Positions 61,550-64,000 of a stretch of 64,000 nucleotides of DNA are shown in pieces. The position numbers and the translations under genes are program-made. The stretch covers positions 1,240,001-1,304,000 of the forward strand of contig JANHCV010000009.1 of NCBI GenBank assembly GCA_025594325.1. Reading direction: 5' to 3'. Below the pieces are notes generated by a model, which worked only from the letters and a program-made list of their open reading frames with translations, did no database searches and was not told the origin of the DNA. How positions within the stretch are numbered: position 1 is the first letter of the stretch; each line of letters begins with the position of its first letter. The stretch is from Blastocladiella emersonii ATCC 22665. Lineage: Eukaryota; Fungi; Blastocladiomycota.

Positions 61550-64000
61550 ATGAGCGCCCGCATCGACACCCCGTTCGCGGCCCGTACCGCGTCGGGCCTC
61601 GCGACGCGCGCCATGTCCCGCGTCGGGTCGTGCGTGAACCACCTCACCTACGCCGTCGTGTACGCGTACATGTTCGGCCTGATCCTCATGGTCAGCTTCA
61701 TCCCCGCCAAGGTCGGCCTCTTCTGCGCCAACAACCTGTGGACCCCGATCGCCGTCGTTGTCAACTACTACGCGGTCAGCTGCCTCGTCGCCGCGGTCTA
61801 CGCCGCGTTCAAGTGCGCGCGGTACTGCATGCTCTGCCTCTGGGTACGTTTCGCGCGCGCGCGCCCGTGTCTCCCGGCCGGCCATCACTGACGTGTCGAC
61901 CTGTCCCTGTCCAGGCTATGATCACCTTCGCCCAGCAGACTTCCTACTCTCTTCGGATCATGGAGGACACGGTCGGCGACGCCATGCTCAACGCCGAGCA
62001 GGTCCGCGCCGTCGTCTACGACTTTGCCCGCTACCTGATCTCGTACCTCGCGCGCGTCACCGTCGACGCGTGCCGCTCGATCCTCGGCCTGCTCGTCGCT
62101 GTCACCGACTCGATCCTCGGGTACCTCGTCTCCGCCGTGACCTCGGCCCGCGCCCGTGTCGCCAACGCCGTGGCCTCAACCCGCGCCCGTGTCGCCAACG
62201 CCGTGCACGCGCTCGTGTCCCCCGTCACCCGCCGCCTCATCACCGCCTACGCCGACCTCTACACGTATCTCGCGCCCATCGCCGTCGGAATCCGCGAGTA
62301 CTACGCCGATCTCTACATGATCCTCTTCCCGGCCGCTGCCGCTCGCGCTGCCGCCGCTCCCGCTGCCGACACCGTCTCGGACCTCGCTGACCAGGACGAG
62401 CCCGAGGCTCCCGCCCAGCCCGAGCCCGAGCCCGTCGCCGCCAAGCAGCCCGTCCACAACGCCAAGGTGCCGCGGGACGCGACGGGCTTCACCTGGTACG
62501 AAAAGTCCGGCTCGTCGGCGTCCAAGGTGCACCAGCAGCCCGAGCAGCCGACCCACGCCCAGCGTTCCGCTACGGTCCACAAGCGCAACTCGATCGAGGA
62601 CGAGCTCTTCTGGATCAAGTACAACAAGTCCTACAACCCCTGCTCGATCGACGCCGACCTGTTCCAGAGCACGCACGCCAAGTCCCGCGAGATTCGGTCC
62701 GCCTACGAGAAGGCGCACCCCGACCGCGAGCACATCTGGTCCACGCCCAACTACCACCTGGTTCCCGCGGCCGGTCTCGGTCCCAAGAAGCCCAAGGCGC
62801 GCGCGTCGGCCGCGGGCCACCCTCGCCCGACCTCGACGTCCGACCAGCGCCCCGTCAAGCAGCAGTCCGTGTCCGCGTCCGCGTCGCGCGTCACGCCGTT
62901 CCAGGTGGCGGGCGAGATCGCGGCGTCGGCCGCCCTCACGCACGTCAACATGCACGCCGCCGCCGCCGACCCCATCAAGCCCATCCGCACCGACTCGGGC
63001 GTCAGCGAGCTGCCCGTCGTGCCCATCGCGCCGATGCCGGCGCCCGTGTACCAGGTCGGCAGCACGCAGGTCGCCGTTCCAGATCCCGCACTCGTCCCGG
63101 CGCCCGTGTACCAGACCATCAACGCGCAGGCCGTCGTTCCAGTTCCCGCGCCCGTTTCGGCGCCCGTCTCGGCGCCCGTGTACCAGGTCGCCCACACGCA
63201 GGCTGTCGTTCCAGCTCCCGCCGCGCCCGTCTTGACGCCCGTGTACCGGTCCATCAACGCGCAGGCCGTCATTCCAGCTCCCGCGCCCGTCTCGGCGCCC
63301 GCGTACCAGGTCGCCGCCGTGCCCGCTGCGGCTCCGGTCCCCGTTGAGACCAAGGAGGCCAAGGCGCAGTGGGCTGTCGCCAAGTTCGCGGCCGCGTACC
63401 CGATGCAGATGATCATGTCGCCGCGCAAGGGGACCAAGTCGCCGGCTCGCTCGCGCTCCCCTCCACTCCCGGCCATGAACTTTAGCCTCTTGGCTCCACC
63501 AGCCGCGGCTCCGACTAGTCCGCGGACTACCACCAGTTCGGCGATCCAGGCCAACGCGTCGACCATGGCCGGCTCGCACCAGGCGATCCAGTCGCAGTCC
63601 CAGCAGCAACCGCAGGTCCAGTACTTGCACCTCGAGAACCTGCAGATCCGGCAGATGCAGCAGTCCGAGTACGCGCCGATCCAGCCGCAGCAGCCCGAGT
63701 ACGCGCAGATCCAGCCGCAGCAGATCCAGTCGCAGCAGATCCAGGAGCAGCAGTTTCAGCAGGCGCAGGTCCAGCAGGCTCAGGCCCAGCAGCAGCAGGT
63801 CCAGTACATGCAGCTCGAGTACTTGCAGTCCCAGCAGACGCAGGCCGGGTATGCGCAGCAGGCCGAGTACGCGCGGCAGTTCGAGCAGGCGCAGGACCAG
63901 ACCATGATGCAGCTCCAGCACGCTCAACTCCAGCAGTCGCTGGCCCAGCACGCGCAGTGCGCATACGCGCAGAACCTGCAGCAGCAGCAGGCCCAGCAGC
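61550..64000 (+). CDS. Membrane-anchored protein with Pro/Val repeats and Gln-rich tail; runs off the window
   Basis: A hydrophobic first exon, an intron (GTACGT ~61845 to CAG ~61914), then an open frame to the window edge with APVYQ repeats and QQPEYAQIQPQQ. Confidence 0.6.
63040..63320 (+). repeat. Five degenerate coding repeats (APVYQ...QAVVPAPA, ~60-72 bp)
   Basis: GCGCCCGTGTACCAG and variants recur five times. Confidence 0.8.

Noticed and set aside
62176-63951. 591-aa minus-strand Leu-rich ORF
   Set aside because: Mirror of the CAG-rich plus-strand frame, which has a proper start and intron and runs off the window (so it is absent from the ORF track).
1-64000. rRNA or tRNA genes
   Set aside because: No cloverleaf or rRNA-conserved segments recognised by eye; tRNAscan or Infernal would be needed to exclude them.

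Overview
Eukaryotic genomic DNA. The GC-rich host genes with short GT-AG introns suggest an early-diverging fungus such as a Blastocladiomycota (inference). (1) Bases <1-~13.75 kb hold a lower-GC, intronless endogenous dsDNA virus of Polinton-like/virophage type whose left end lies outside the window. It encodes a TVpol primase-polymerase fused to a probable D5/SF3 helicase (missed by the ORF track because it runs off the edge), a tyrosine recombinase AND a Polinton-type DDE integrase side by side, an 881-aa fibre-like protein, an A32-like packaging ATPase, a minor capsid protein, a frameshifted major capsid protein and an HNH-AP2 endonuclease. A recurring dyad motif and origin-like iteron arrays suggest the element continues to ~20.3 kb. 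(2) Bases 14005-19295 are a complete, young Ty3/gypsy chromovirus (174-bp LTRs with 2 mismatches, CATGG target-site duplication, self-priming PBS, GGGAAAC frameshift site), probably nested in that element. (3) Bases 20.5-29.8 kb carry intron-poor orphan genes, including a tandem paralog pair with a gag-like N-terminus. (4) Bases 30-48 kb are mostly housekeeping genes: guanylate cyclase-like, Myb/SNAPC4-like, ZCCHC9-like, eIF4A, a jacalin-TM-SH3 receptor, SFT2, MFAP1, proteasome alpha-4, RPB7 and LSM14. (5) Bases 48-64 kb hold hypothetical, low-complexity genes, including a DUF4470-like gene broken by a (GCTC)4 slip. All calls come from motif recognition by eye; no database searches were run.
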